A stretch of DNA of 45,935 nucleotides, taken from the NCBI GenBank assembly GCA_049972095.1, contig JBMFKQ010000010.1, positions 1 through 45,935 of the forward strand, in the 5' to 3' direction. The translations under genes were made by a program, and so were the position numbers. Each line of letters begins with the position of its first letter. Position 1 is the stretch's first letter. Below, one piece after another: positions 1 through 10,902 of this stretch. The stretch is from Elusimicrobiales bacterium (lineage in GTDB: Bacteria > Elusimicrobiota > Elusimicrobia > Elusimicrobiales > UBA9959). The notes beneath the pieces are model-generated. The model did not search any database, had not been told where the DNA came from, and saw only the letters and a list, made by a program, of their open reading frames with translations.

Positions 1-105
1 GGTAGGTTGAAGATATTTAAGAACAAGCTTATCAAAAATAGCACCTAATCCCCAACAAGATATAGCGGCTGCAAGATATAACATAATCTGTGTTGAGATC
101 TTCAT
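1..105 (-). CDS. EamA/DMT-family transporter, N-terminal part (runs off the window)
   Basis: Manual translation MKISTQIMLYLAAAISCWGLGAIFDKLVLKYLQPT has the 'WGxxxxxxK' EamA-type first helix. Its ATG overlaps the upstream TGA (ATGA at 102-105). Confidence 0.6.
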   Translation of the reverse strand, partial: MKISTQIMLYLAAAISCWGLGAIFDKLVLKYLQPT

Positions 106-1277
106 GGTGGCGGAAGCTGTGTTGCAAGGTATTTTTTTAGGTTAAAAGGGCTTTTAATATTCTCTTCTATATAGTCCTTAAAACCCCAGTTATCAGGATA
201 TGAAAGAGCCTTTTTATACATCGTAACAGCCATATCCCTCTCACCTTTAAGATCATAAATATTTCCCATCCTGACCAAGGCCCATACAGCCCATCTTGTT
301 GGCTTCCCTTCCTTTTCTATAAACTCAGATGCTTTTTTAAAATAATCATAAGCCATATCAAGTTCACCTTTTACCATATAAAGTGTTCCAAGAGAAAGAT
401 ATATTCTTGGATAGTACTTTGGATAATAGCTTTCAACACCTCTTTCAATCCTTGAAAGATATTCTTTCATCTCTTTCTCAGCCTCATCATACATCTTTGC
501 CTCATAGAGAGAGACTATAAGCACAAACTGCATTTGAGCAAGCTGAGGATATCTTTTGACAAGCTGTCTTGAATACTCAACGGCTAAAGATGGATTTGAG
601 TATTTGCTGTCTGTTTGTGTGAGTATCTCTATTAGAAGAAGCTGTGCTGCTGTTTTATTGAAATAGCCTTTATCAGCACATAATCTTAAATACTCTATAC
701 CACGCCTTGGATTTCCACTTATAAGAAACACTGAAAGTATTTTTATAATGGATGGAAGGGTTCCTGCTGAATACTCCCATAGTCCAAGTCCAAGATATGC
801 ATCATAAAGCTGTGGATCCATCTCAAGTGCCTTTCTCATATTTGAAACAGCCCTTCTGCCAGCAAAATATGCCTTTATCCATTTATGCTGAGTAAGGTAT
901 AACCTTGCTAAAAGCCCATATGTGCCACCAAGACACATCATTGCATATGCGTCAGAAGGGTTTTTCTCAACCCATCTTTTACCATCCTCTATGGCTTTTT
1001 CAGTAAGCCTGTGATACTCTTCATATAGGCTGAAATCTGTTTGCTCATCAAGATACTCAAACTCAGCCCACTTAGACATTGCTATACCAAAGCTTCCAAA
1101 AGGATGCCCAGGATACTCTTTTGATATCTGCTCAAATATCTCTCTTGCCTTAAAAGGCTTTATTGAATAGATGTAGTCTATACCTTTATAACCAAGCTCT
1201 ATAAGCTTAGGGTTATGCGCTGTGTTGAACTGAGATATAGCTAAAGTGGATAAGATTAGAATTTGAGATAAAATCAT
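102..1277 (-). CDS. Tetratricopeptide repeat protein, probably exported
   Basis: Hydrophobic N-terminus and multiple TPR-like helices (ALEMDPQLYDAYLGLG, LSLGTLYMVKGELDMAYDYFKKA, MGNIYDLKGERDMAVTMYKKAL). Confidence 0.75.
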   Translation of the reverse strand: MILSQILILSTLAISQFNTAHNPKLIELGYKGIDYIYSIKPFKAREIFEQISKEYPGHPFGSFGIAMSKWAEFEYLDEQTDFSLYEEYHRLTEKAIEDGKRWVEKNPSDAYAMMCLGGTYGLLARLYLTQHKWIKAYFAGRRAVSNMRKALEMDPQLYDAYLGLGLWEYSAGTLPSIIKILSVFLISGNPRRGIEYLRLCADKGYFNKTAAQLLLIEILTQTDSKYSNPSLAVEYSRQLVKRYPQLAQMQFVLIVSLYEAKMYDEAEKEMKEYLSRIERGVESYYPKYYPRIYLSLGTLYMVKGELDMAYDYFKKASEFIEKEGKPTRWAVWALVRMGNIYDLKGERDMAVTMYKKALSYPDNWGFKDYIEENIKSPFNLKKYLATQLPPP

Positions 1278-2551
1278 ATTCTATCAAAACCAGTATACCT
1301 CCTTAAAGCATCAGGAATGGTTACAGAGCCATCAGAGTTCTGATAGTTTTCAAGAATTGCTGCAAATGTCCTTCCAACAGCAAGCCCTGAACCATTTAGA
1401 GTGTGAAGATATTCTATCTTACCATCAGCCCTTCTGTATCTTGCATTCATCCTTCTTGCCTGAAAATCCTTACAGTTTGAGCAGGATGATATTTCACGGA
1501 ATCTATTTTCAGAAGGCATCCAAACCTCTATATCATATGTCTTTGATGACGCAAAACCAACATCATTGCTGCAAAGCTGAACCACCCGGTAAGGAAGCTC
1601 AAGAATCTCAAGCACCCTTCTTGCATGAAGTGTCATCTTTTCAAGTGTTTCATCTGATTTGTCTGGTGTTGTTATCCAAACAAGCTCAACCTTATTGAAC
1701 TGGTGATTTCTTATAAGACCCTTTGTATCTTTACCATAGCTTCCTGCTTCCTGTCTAAAGCATGCTGTATAGGCTGTAAGCTGCCAGGGGAGTTCATCCT
1801 CACTAAGTATCTTTCCTGCACATAGATTTGTAAGTGGGACCTCGGCTGTGGGTATTAAAAAAAACTCAGGCTGGCCACAAACTTTATAAAGCTCATCCTC
1901 AAATTTAGGAAGCTGACCAGTGCCTGTCATTGTTTTTCTGTTGACAAGAAAGGGTGGAAAGATCTCAGTATAGCCGTGCTCAAGTGTGTGAAGATCAAGC
2001 ATAAAGTTTATGATAGCTCTTTCAAGCCTTGCACCTTTCCCTACAAGAAGCGGAAATCTTGAACCGCTTAGCTCAGAAGCAGTATCAAAATCAAGGATAT
2101 TAAGTCTTTCTCCTATCTCCCAGTGAGAAAGAGGCTTAAAATCAAAATCCCTTCTTTTAGAAACATCCTCATAAACCACTACATTATCCTCATCACTCTT
2201 TCCATAAGGAACAGATGGATCTAATATATTAGGTATGCTTAAAAGAAGATTTAAAACCTCATCATCAAGAACCTTTATCTCATCCTCAATAACAGAAATC
2301 TGAGCCTTAAGTGAGTTTGCCTCATCTATAAGATCTTTTGGCAATTCTTGATTGTTTTTTTTTATTATCCCTATTTTTTTTGCTATCTCATTTTTTTTAT
2401 GATTCAAATCCTCAAGAATCTTTTTTTTGTCAACCCTTGCTTTATCCTTCTCAACAAGAGTTCTAAATGTATCAAGATATCTTCCACCTCTTTTTATTAT
2501 TGAATCCTCAATCACCGATGGATTTCTTCTTAAAAGCTTTATATCTATCAT
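1274..2551 (-). CDS. serS: Serine--tRNA ligase
   Basis: N-terminal coiled coil, LIPTAEVPL, CFRQEAG, HQFNKVE, EISSCSNC, HTLNGSGLAVGRT motifs. Confidence 0.98.
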   Translation of the reverse strand: MIDIKLLRRNPSVIEDSIIKRGGRYLDTFRTLVEKDKARVDKKKILEDLNHKKNEIAKKIGIIKKNNQELPKDLIDEANSLKAQISVIEDEIKVLDDEVLNLLLSIPNILDPSVPYGKSDEDNVVVYEDVSKRRDFDFKPLSHWEIGERLNILDFDTASELSGSRFPLLVGKGARLERAIINFMLDLHTLEHGYTEIFPPFLVNRKTMTGTGQLPKFEDELYKVCGQPEFFLIPTAEVPLTNLCAGKILSEDELPWQLTAYTACFRQEAGSYGKDTKGLIRNHQFNKVELVWITTPDKSDETLEKMTLHARRVLEILELPYRVVQLCSNDVGFASSKTYDIEVWMPSENRFREISSCSNCKDFQARRMNARYRRADGKIEYLHTLNGSGLAVGRTFAAILENYQNSDGSVTIPDALRRYTGFDRI

Positions 2552-2572
2552 AAAATCCCCTTATAATTAAAT

Positions 2573-3043
2573 TCAGTCTTCAATTATAAATGACATATTT
2601 TTGAAAAGCATCTCCTCATTCTTCTTGGGCTCTTTCATTATCTCAACTTTAAGATTAACAGGTTTATAAGATAGCTTTTTGTATCTTAAAATATCATTAA
2701 AAATCTTCTTTATGTCATATATATAAAAATTTTTGGATGAATTTCTTTTGACATCACTAGCCCTAAGTGATGATGCAATGATGCTGACAGTTTCAAATGT
2801 TGTAGAGCTTTTTTCAAGCTCAAGCCTAAGCGAATATCTCATAACCACAGCACCCATATCATAATTTGTTGAGTTTATAAGCCTTACTACAATTCTGTAA
2901 TCTTTATTTTTGGACAATCTAAAAGCATCAACCTTCACATAAGATGTTTTTGATGGGATCTTTGATTCATTTTTTTCAAGCCAAATGTCAATAGTCTGTG
3001 ATGATGCAAAAAGGCAAAAAATAAAAAATAAAAAACTTATCAT
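2573..3043 (-). CDS. Hypothetical exported protein
   Basis: 156 aa ORF with a signal-peptide-like N-terminus and no recognisable motif. Confidence 0.6.
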   Translation of the reverse strand: MISFLFFIFCLFASSQTIDIWLEKNESKIPSKTSYVKVDAFRLSKNKDYRIVVRLINSTNYDMGAVVMRYSLRLELEKSSTTFETVSIIASSLRASDVKRNSSKNFYIYDIKKIFNDILRYKKLSYKPVNLKVEIMKEPKKNEEMLFKNMSFIIED

Positions 3044-3071
3044 TCCATTTCCTAAAATGAATTTTAAAAGC

Positions 3072-3112
3072 AGCCTTTTAGATTATATTTGTAAACAAAT
3101 ATCCTTAAGGCT
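3072..3112 (-). terminator. Imperfect hairpin downstream of ahcY, possible intrinsic terminator
   Basis: AGCCTT...AAGGCT outer arms and perfect inner arms ATATTTGT-AA-ACAAATAT, followed on the minus strand by GCTTTT. Confidence 0.4.
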
Positions 3113-3128
3113 ATTAAACCCTCCCTTT

Positions 3129-4388
3129 TTATGTTCCCTCCTGCCAGCTTTTTAAGTATCTTTTCTGCTCATCTGTAAGCGCATCTATTTTGATACCCAT
3201 TGACTTAAGTTTAAGTCTTGCTATCTCTCTGTCTATATCTTGAGGAAGTATATATACATCATTATTCAGCCTATCAGAGTTTTTAACAAGATATTCACAT
3301 GCAAGCGATTGATTTGCAAAAGACATATCCATAACCGATGAAGGATGCCCCTCTGCAGCACTTAGATTAACAAGCCTTCCATCAGCAAGAAGATATATGG
3401 ATTTTCCACCAACCTTATATTCATCAACAAACTCTCTTACCTTTCTCTTTTTTTCTGCTATCTCATTAAGTGCCTTTATGTTTATCTCAACATTGAAATG
3501 ACCACTGTTTGCAATTATAGCACCATTCTTCATAAGCAAAAAATGCCTCTTATCTATAACATTAATATCGCCTGTAACCGTTACAAAGATATCACCTATC
3601 CTTGCTGCATCATCCATACTCATAACCATATATCCATCCATAACAGCCTCAAGAGCCTTTATCTCATCAACCTCTGTTACTATCACATTTGCCCCAAGCC
3701 CTTTTGCCCTTGCAGCAACACCCCTTCCACACCAGCCATATCCACAGACAACAAAATTCTTTCCAGCTAAAAGGATATTTGTTGCTCTCAATATACCATC
3801 AATAGTGGATTGTCCAGTTCCATATCTGTTATCAAAAAGATGTTTTGTCATTGAGTCATTAACAGCAATAACAGGATATCTGAGCATCCCCTCCTTCTTA
3901 AGGGCTCTAATCCTTATAACACCCGTTGTTGTCTCCTCAGTCCCACCAATTATCCTAAAATCAATCTTATCCCAGCTCTTATGTATAGTTGATATAACAT
4001 CCGCCCCATCATCCATAGTTATCAAAGGCTTATGCGCAACAGCAGCATTTATATGTGAGTAATATCTTTTATTATCCTCACCCTTTATTGCATAAACCTT
4101 TATACCAAAATCCTTAACAAGTGATGCAGCTACATCATCCTGAGTTGAAAGAGGATTTGATGCACAAAGGCATACATCAGCACCACCCTTTTTTAGAGCT
4201 ATAACAAGATTTGCTGTTTCTGCGGTGACATGAAGACAGCATGAGATCCTTATTCCCCTAAGGGGTTTTTCTTTTTCAAATCTTTTCCCTATAAGATCAA
4301 GCACAGGCATATCCTTCCTAGCCCAATCTATTTTCTTCCTTCCCTCTTTATAAAAAGAGATATCTTTTATATCACAGCTAACAGGCAC
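3129..4388 (-). CDS. ahcY: Adenosylhomocysteinase
   Basis: [65 protein letters not shown] motifs. Confidence 0.98.
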   Translation of the reverse strand: MPVSCDIKDISFYKEGRKKIDWARKDMPVLDLIGKRFEKEKPLRGIRISCCLHVTAETANLVIALKKGGADVCLCASNPLSTQDDVAASLVKDFGIKVYAIKGEDNKRYYSHINAAVAHKPLITMDDGADVISTIHKSWDKIDFRIIGGTEETTTGVIRIRALKKEGMLRYPVIAVNDSMTKHLFDNRYGTGQSTIDGILRATNILLAGKNFVVCGYGWCGRGVAARAKGLGANVIVTEVDEIKALEAVMDGYMVMSMDDAARIGDIFVTVTGDINVIDKRHFLLMKNGAIIANSGHFNVEINIKALNEIAEKKRKVREFVDEYKVGGKSIYLLADGRLVNLSAAEGHPSSVMDMSFANQSLACEYLVKNSDRLNNDVYILPQDIDREIARLKLKSMGIKIDALTDEQKRYLKSWQEGT

Positions 4389-4403
4389 TAAAACCTCCTT
4401 TTT

Positions 4404-5594
4404 TTAACAAGCAATTTGATTCTTTTTACCAGCAAAAATCTCTATCTTATCCTTTTTTTCCCAGCTAAACTCATTAAGCTCCCTTCCGAAATGTCCATAA
4501 GCAGCTGTCTTTCTGTATATAGGTCTTATTAGATCAAGAGCTTCTATTATACCCCATGGTGTTAAATCAAAATTTTTCTTAACAATCTTGACAAGCTCAT
4601 CATCGCTTATAAGTCCTGTGCCATATGTATCAATATAAAGTCCAACAGGCTCTTTAATCCCTATGGCATATGCTATCTGAACACTACACTCCTTTGCTGC
4701 ACCACTAGCAACTATATTCTTTGCTATATACCTTGCCATATAAGATGCAGATCTATCAACCTTTGTCGGATCCTTACCTGAAAAAGCCCCACCTCCATGA
4801 GGTGCAACTCCACCATATGTATCAACTATTATTTTTCTGCCTGTCATTCCTGTATCTGACTGTGGACCACCAATGACAAATTTACCTGTAGGATTTATGA
4901 ATATCTTTGTTTTTGGATCCATAAGCCCTGTTGGTTTTAAAACATAATCTATAACGGCCTCTTTTATCTCATCCCATGCCTTTTTTGTTATCTTCTTACC
5001 AGTGTTATCAAGGATAGTATCTAAATGATGAGCTGATAAAACCACAGCCTCTATTCTAAAAGGCTTGCCATCACGATATTCAACTGTAACCTGAGATTTT
5101 CCATCAGGACCAAGATAATCAAGAATCTTTTTCTCCCTAACCTCCTTAAGTCTTAGAGTAAGCTTGTGAGCAAGCATTATTGGGAGAGGCATAAGCTGAG
5201 GTGTCTCATCACAGGCATATCCAATCATAAGCCCTTGATCACCTGCACCACCCCTGTTAACACCCTGTGCTATATCAGGCGACTGCCTTCCTATTGCATT
5301 GAGCACAGCACAGTTTTCATAGTTAAACCCATATCTATTATCTGTATAGCCTATCTCCTTTACAACCTTCCTCACAAGATCTTCAACATCAATCCATATC
5401 TTTGTTGTTATCTCACCACCGACTATAACCATACCTCTTGTTATAAATGTTTCACAGGCTACTCTTGCATTTTTAGGATCCGGATCATTCCTGTAAATCT
5501 CATCAAGAATTGCATCTGATATCTGATCACACACTTTATCAGGATGACCCTCAGTAACTGATTCTGATGTTATAAGTTTGTTTTTTCTATCCAT
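4404..5594 (-). CDS. metK: S-adenosylmethionine synthetase
   Basis: [45 protein letters not shown] motifs. Start moved to ATG 5594 behind the GGAGGTG SD at 5601-5607. Confidence 0.98.
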   Translation of the reverse strand: MDRKNKLITSESVTEGHPDKVCDQISDAILDEIYRNDPDPKNARVACETFITRGMVIVGGEITTKIWIDVEDLVRKVVKEIGYTDNRYGFNYENCAVLNAIGRQSPDIAQGVNRGGAGDQGLMIGYACDETPQLMPLPIMLAHKLTLRLKEVREKKILDYLGPDGKSQVTVEYRDGKPFRIEAVVLSAHHLDTILDNTGKKITKKAWDEIKEAVIDYVLKPTGLMDPKTKIFINPTGKFVIGGPQSDTGMTGRKIIVDTYGGVAPHGGGAFSGKDPTKVDRSASYMARYIAKNIVASGAAKECSVQIAYAIGIKEPVGLYIDTYGTGLISDDELVKIVKKNFDLTPWGIIEALDLIRPIYRKTAAYGHFGRELNEFSWEKKDKIEIFAGKKNQIAC

Positions 5595-5613
5595 AAATAA
5601 CACCTCCATTTAA

Positions 5614-7044
5614 TTAAATAGAGCCCAAAACAAGATCCTTTGCAAATGAGATGAGTTTTTTTGTGTTGCTCTTAGAATCCGCCTCAGCATATATTCTTAG
5701 AAGAGGCTCTGTGCCGCTTGGTCTTGCAAGAAACCACCAATCATTGTCAAGTATAACCTTTATCCCATCAAGGGTTATAACCTCTGCAATCTTATAGGAG
5801 ATAATATTCTTTGGAAGTCTTGATTTTATCTTTACAGCAAAATGATACTTTGATGGTATTACTTTTGAAAGTGTTATATCCTCTCTTATAAAGCATGAAC
5901 TTCCATACTTGGCTAAAAGCTGCTCAACTATCTGACTAAGCTTTTTCTTTCTAAAAGAAATTATTTCACAAAGCATCATCATACTAACAAATCCGTCTCT
6001 CTCTGGGATGTTTCCCTTCCATGAATATCCACCTGATTCCTCAGCCCCAAAAAGTGTGTCTCCTTCAGCCATCCTATCAGCTATATATTTAAAACCAACA
6101 GGAGTAAATTCAAAGATTAAATTTTTCTCACTTGCGATTCTTCTTGTAAGAAAACCAAGAGAAACAGCTTGAACGACCTTTCCCTTCATACCACGAAGAT
6201 TAACAAGATAATCCAAAAAAAGTGGAGCAACAATTGTTGGTGGAAGATAATTGCCCTTTTCATCAACACATGCAAACCTATCTCCATCACCATCTAATGC
6301 AAGGCCACATACTGCATTATTTTCAACAACAGCTTTTTTAAGAGCCTTAAGCTTATCCTCTTTCGGCTCAGGAGCTGATATCTCGCCAAAAAGCGGATCT
6401 CTTTTTGTTCTTATCATAATTACATTCTGTAGACCTTTAAAAATCATCTGTGCAATATCAGCTGATGAACCATACATAAAATCAACAACGATCTTGCCAT
6501 TTATTGAACTAACTATTTTCTTTATATCAAACCTGCTATTTAGATATCTTACATAGTTTTCTCTCAGATCAGCCTCGTGTATTTCTCTATTTAGATTTCT
6601 TGAAACCCTTACATTTTTGTTGTTTTCTATATAAAGCTCAAGCTCGGATGTGAATGAGGGGAGAACACTTCTACCCAAATGCTTGATCTTCACGCCATTG
6701 TAAAGAAAGCCGTTGTGGCTTGCAGTGATCATAACACCGTAGTTGTAGTCGGTGGTGGTAAGATAACTAACCATTGGAGTGGTGATTGGTGTCTTTGAAA
6801 CAACACATTCAAAATCGTTATTTACAAGCACAGCAGCAAACTCCTTTGCAAATCTCTCTGAAAGAAATCTTCTATCATAACCAATGAATATCTTTATCTT
6901 TGATTCCTTACCTCCCTTATAAGCAAGGAGATCTGCAAAACCCTGTGCAATTCTTCTGATGTTATCATATGTAAAGTCCAGGGCTATAATACCTCTAAAC
7001 CCATCAGTTCCAAACGAAAGCTTTTTAGAGGTTTCAAGCATCAT
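5614..7044 (-). CDS. Phosphoglucomutase/phosphomannomutase family protein
   Basis: FGTDGFRG, TASHN, DGDGDR, GAEESGG, RPSGTEP motifs. Confidence 0.93.
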   Translation of the reverse strand: MMLETSKKLSFGTDGFRGIIALDFTYDNIRRIAQGFADLLAYKGGKESKIKIFIGYDRRFLSERFAKEFAAVLVNNDFECVVSKTPITTPMVSYLTTTDYNYGVMITASHNGFLYNGVKIKHLGRSVLPSFTSELELYIENNKNVRVSRNLNREIHEADLRENYVRYLNSRFDIKKIVSSINGKIVVDFMYGSSADIAQMIFKGLQNVIMIRTKRDPLFGEISAPEPKEDKLKALKKAVVENNAVCGLALDGDGDRFACVDEKGNYLPPTIVAPLFLDYLVNLRGMKGKVVQAVSLGFLTRRIASEKNLIFEFTPVGFKYIADRMAEGDTLFGAEESGGYSWKGNIPERDGFVSMMMLCEIISFRKKKLSQIVEQLLAKYGSSCFIREDITLSKVIPSKYHFAVKIKSRLPKNIISYKIAEVITLDGIKVILDNDWWFLARPSGTEPLLRIYAEADSKSNTKKLISFAKDLVLGSI

Positions 7045-7131
7045 AAACTCTCCCTATAAAAAATTTCCTGCATAAAACAATTTTACAAAATATTTTATCA
7101 TTTTCTTTTTCAAAAATAGTAAAATATAACT

Positions 7132-7539
7132 ATGGTCAAGATTGTAAAACAATATACTGTGTTTCTTCCAAACAAACCAGGTGCTCTTCATTCATTTATT
7201 GAACTTTTTGCCAATGAAGGGATCAACATAATAGGAATCTCTTCAGAGATACATGATGAATCAGGAATAGTAAAGATAGCCATAGATTCAGACAAAAAAC
7301 TCAGCTATATATTAACAAGAGCAGGTTTTACAACTCTTGAAACAAATATGATCTCTATAACCATTCCCGATAAACCTGGTGAGCTTATTAAACTAACAAA
7401 AATACTTTCAGACAACAACATAAACATAACAACAATATACGGAACATCATCAGGGCATCCTTCAAGAATTCTTATAAATGTTTCAGAACCTCAAAAAGCA
7501 TTTCAGCTTCTTAAAGAAATTTATCAGAAAGAAGACTGA
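7132..7539 (+). CDS. Tandem ACT-domain protein
   Basis: Two ACT repeats (VFLPNKPGAL...GINI and IPDKPGELIKLTKILSDNNINI). Confidence 0.85.
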   Translation: MVKIVKQYTVFLPNKPGALHSFIELFANEGINIIGISSEIHDESGIVKIAIDSDKKLSYILTRAGFTTLETNMISITIPDKPGELIKLTKILSDNNINITTIYGTSSGHPSRILINVSEPQKAFQLLKEIYQKED

Positions 7540-9207
7540 CTAACTTCTTCTTTTATCAATCACATAAGCACTTGTGCCAAATGCCTTTGCAGCTTTTTTC
7601 AGCTCGCTTCCTATATGGCTTACCTGAGCATATGATGTTATTGGTTTATAGAGGTTATGAACTATCCCTATCGCTATACCCATAAGTGGAAACTGAGTAA
7701 TATTCCCTTGTCTGTCACGCGTGACTATAAAACCCCTTTTTCTATCATCATCGTTATAAAATGATGGGACTATCTGATTAAAATTATTTATTATTCTTTT
7801 TGCTATATCCTCAGCCTTTTCTGCTGATGTTAAAACTATGAAATCATCGCCGCCTATATGCCCTATAAAATCACCAGAATTTGGAGCAGGCATAAGGGTA
7901 TTTACAATTATGCTTGCAACTGTTTTAATAACATTATCGCCAGCCTCAAAACCATAAACATCGTTGTAGGCTTTAAAGTTATTCAAGTCAATATAGAGAA
8001 CAGCAAACTTCTCCTTCTTCTCAATGGCCTTTTCTATTCTTAGCTGTATTGATGGATTTCCAGGCAATTTCGAAAGAGGGTTTGAGTCAAGAACCTGTTT
8101 GTTTCTCCTTATTATCATCTTTAATCTTGCAACAAGCTCATCAGTGTCAACAGGTTTTGTCAAATAATCATCTATACCCATAAGAAGTCCCTTTATCTTT
8201 GCCTGCTTATCAGATTTAGCTGTTACTATTATTATCGGTATATTAGAGTAAACCGGATTATTCTTTATCTCAGCTGCAACCTCAAGACCATTTTTAACAG
8301 GCATATCATAATCAAGTATAAGGATATCTGGATTAAACTGGTATGTCTTCTCAACAGCCTCTTTCCCATCAACGGCTGTAAGAACACTAAAGCCAGCTCT
8401 CTCTATCACCTCTTTTATAAGAATGAGAAGATCCAATTGATCCTCAGCAAAAAGAACCTTTGGTCTTTCATCATCTTTTAAAAAGCATTCAGATATAACA
8501 CTGTCAATAGTCTGTTTTATCTCTCGGGGTGTGAGATCCCTTGATATATATTCAGGATATCCTGTTGCAGTTTGAAATTGTCTAAATGAATCAAATGAAA
8601 GTGCTGTTATTACAATAACAGGTATTGAGGCTGTTTTTTTATCCTTTTCAAGCTCAATAAGTAGCTCAAAGCCATCTTTTTCAGGCATTATAAGGTCAAG
8701 AAATATAAGCCCAATCTCTTGAGATTTTATTATCTCTAAGGCATCAACAGATCTATTTATAACAGTAACTTTATAATTGAGCGATTTCAAAAAAGCTGAC
8801 ATAAGCTCTGCAAACTCCTCATCGTCATCTACAACTGCTATATGATCAGGGTGAGGAGGGTTTAGCTCAATAAGTTTTTTAAGCTTCTCAAAATCAACAG
8901 GCTTTGTTATACATCCATTTACAATCGCAGAGTTGCCGGCTACAAAATCTATCTTTTTGCTCTGCGACATAATCAGTATTTTTTTATCTGAAAGATTTGG
9001 ATCACTTTTAAGCATACTTACAACATCCTCAAATACTGGCATAATTGAAATTATATCTATTATTATTAACTCGGGCTCGAACTCTTTAAGCTCATTGATT
9101 AGCCTTTGAGAGTATGAAAGAAGCTTAACATTATAAGAAACATCAAGGGCATCTATTATCTTTTCATTAAGCACAAGATCATCACTTACAACAGCAATCT
9201 TTATCAT
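7540..9207 (-). CDS. Response regulator diguanylate cyclase (3 x REC + GGDEF domain)
   Basis: Three receiver domains followed by NPLSKLPGN, DLNNFKAYNDVYG and GHIGGDDF. Confidence 0.9.
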   Translation of the reverse strand: MIKIAVVSDDLVLNEKIIDALDVSYNVKLLSYSQRLINELKEFEPELIIIDIISIMPVFEDVVSMLKSDPNLSDKKILIMSQSKKIDFVAGNSAIVNGCITKPVDFEKLKKLIELNPPHPDHIAVVDDDEEFAELMSAFLKSLNYKVTVINRSVDALEIIKSQEIGLIFLDLIMPEKDGFELLIELEKDKKTASIPVIVITALSFDSFRQFQTATGYPEYISRDLTPREIKQTIDSVISECFLKDDERPKVLFAEDQLDLLILIKEVIERAGFSVLTAVDGKEAVEKTYQFNPDILILDYDMPVKNGLEVAAEIKNNPVYSNIPIIIVTAKSDKQAKIKGLLMGIDDYLTKPVDTDELVARLKMIIRRNKQVLDSNPLSKLPGNPSIQLRIEKAIEKKEKFAVLYIDLNNFKAYNDVYGFEAGDNVIKTVASIIVNTLMPAPNSGDFIGHIGGDDFIVLTSAEKAEDIAKRIINNFNQIVPSFYNDDDRKRGFIVTRDRQGNITQFPLMGIAIGIVHNLYKPITSYAQVSHIGSELKKAAKAFGTSAYVIDKRRS

Positions 9208-9269
9208 AAGATAATTTTAATAAATTCTGGGTAGAGATAAAAAATATTAGATTTCAGACTCTTTTAAGG

Positions 9270-9818
9270 TTAAGGAGGATTAACAATTCTTATCTGGACA
9301 AAGCTATCATAATGTGTTGGGGTGTAAAAGATATCCTTCCCCCCACCTATAACTATCCTTTCCGGTCCTCTTGAACCATATGATGGATATGCACTAAATT
9401 GAGTTTCTCCTACATAAAACTGGCTTGCTGCATCTTTAGGAACTATAAGGGTATATTCTCTGTAATATCCCTTTGGCATTGGAGGAAGCTTTCCCTCTTT
9501 GTTGTTAAAAACCTGTCCATCCTCTTTAAAAGGAAGTTTTTCACAATTAACTATCTTTTCTATAAGCTTTATTATTGCATCCCTTCTTTTTGAGTCAGAT
9601 ATTTTAGGGATGATATCGCTGCCAACACTTAATCCCTCATTTGGATAAGGGCATGCCTTTATATTAGTTGAAATATCAATTGAGAAATTAATCTTTGAGA
9701 TATCAATTGAAACGCCTTTAAAATCAGGTATAGTAAAATCAGTTTTAATTTTCTGTTGAGAGTATAAAAAACCATTAAGTGCTAATCCAAGAAAGACTAA
9801 AAAATTAATTTTCTTCAT
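9270..9818 (-). CDS. Secreted guanyl-specific ribonuclease (RNase Sa/N1/barnase family)
   Basis: DGQVFNNKEGKLP, YYREYT, RGPERIV, FYTPTHYDSF motifs. Signal peptide from MKKINF (ATG 9818). Confidence 0.88.
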   Translation of the reverse strand: MKKINFLVFLGLALNGFLYSQQKIKTDFTIPDFKGVSIDISKINFSIDISTNIKACPYPNEGLSVGSDIIPKISDSKRRDAIIKLIEKIVNCEKLPFKEDGQVFNNKEGKLPPMPKGYYREYTLIVPKDAASQFYVGETQFSAYPSYGSRGPERIVIGGGKDIFYTPTHYDSFVQIRIVNPP

Positions 9819-9966
9819 ATTATTATTATACATTAATGAACATAAAAATACAAGTACCAAATGTCCTATATCTTTAAGAGCTTAGCAGAATAATTAAGAC
9901 AACTGTGCTAATTCATCTATAAATAGAATGTGATGTAAATTAAGGGAGGAAAAATTTAAAACTATA

Positions 9967-10902
9967 CTATATTTTTAACTCTTTTTTAAAATATTCAAGA
10001 GTTTTTTTAAGCCCTTCATCAAGGCTTACCCTTGGCTGCCAACCAAGTTTTGTTTTTGCAATGGTTATATCAGGTCTTCTAACCCTTGGGTCATCAACAG
10101 GAAGGGGTTTAAAAACTATCTTTGAGTTGCTTTTTGCAATCCTTTTTATTCTTTCCGCAAGCTCAAGAAGTGTTATCTCACAAGGATTTCCTAAATTCAC
10201 TGGATAATTTATATCACTCATCAAAAGCTTATATACTCCCTCAACAAGGTCAGAAACATAGCAAAGACTCCTTGTTTGCTTCCCATTACCATATACTGTT
10301 ATTGGTTTTCCTTTGATAGCCTGAGTCATAAAATTAGGAATAGCCCTTCCATCATCTATTCTCATATTCGGCCCGTATGTATTAAATATCCTTGCAATTC
10401 TTATAGGCATTTTATGGTATCTATGGTATGCCATAGTTAGTGCTTCCGCAAACCTTTTCGCCTCATCATAAACACCCCTTGGTCCTATTGGATTTACATT
10501 GCCCCAGTAAGACTCTGGCTGAGGATTTACAAGCGGATCACCATAGACCTCAGATGTTGAGGCGAGCATAAATATTGCCTTTTTTTCCTTTGCAAAGCCA
10601 AGTGCTTTGTGAGTGCCAAGAGCACCAACCTTGAGGGTTGGTATAGGATACTTCAAATAATCCTTTGGGCTTGCAGGACTTGCAAAATGAAGTATTGCAT
10701 CAACCTTACCTGAAACATATATATAGTTTGTGACATCATATTTTATAAACTCAAACTTTTGAGTTTTAAAAAGATCCTCAACATTCTTTAAACTTCCTGT
10801 TATAAGATTGTCAATTGCTATGACATAATGAGCTTTATTTATCAGATACCTTGCTATATGACTTCCAAGAAAACCACATCCACCTGTTATAACTATCCTC
10901 AT
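9967..10902 (-). CDS. UDP-glucuronic acid decarboxylase (UDP-xylose synthase), SDR family
   Basis: [50 protein letters not shown] motifs. Confidence 0.92.
   Translation of the reverse strand: MRIVITGGCGFLGSHIARYLINKAHYVIAIDNLITGSLKNVEDLFKTQKFEFIKYDVTNYIYVSGKVDAILHFASPASPKDYLKYPIPTLKVGALGTHKALGFAKEKKAIFMLASTSEVYGDPLVNPQPESYWGNVNPIGPRGVYDEAKRFAEALTMAYHRYHKMPIRIARIFNTYGPNMRIDDGRAIPNFMTQAIKGKPITVYGNGKQTRSLCYVSDLVEGVYKLLMSDINYPVNLGNPCEITLLELAERIKRIAKSNSKIVFKPLPVDDPRVRRPDITIAKTKLGWQPRVSLDEGLKKTLEYFKKELKI

Noticed and set aside
5595..5613. Possible SAM/SAH riboswitch ahead of metK-ahcY
   Set aside because: The intergenic space is under 20 nt and has no room for an aptamer. None was seen upstream of pgm either.
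9882..9911. TTAGCA...TGCTAA inverted repeat resembling a CIRCE (HrcA) operator
   Set aside because: The spacer is 12 nt rather than 9, the inner arms do not match TTAGCACTC/GAGTGCTAA, and no chaperone gene is adjacent. It may be only a weak hairpin.
9941..9950. Strong SD-like TAAGGGAGGA on the plus strand (similar AAGGGAGGG on minus at about 3118-3127)
   Set aside because: No start codon or ORF follows at a usable distance, so no gene can be supported.
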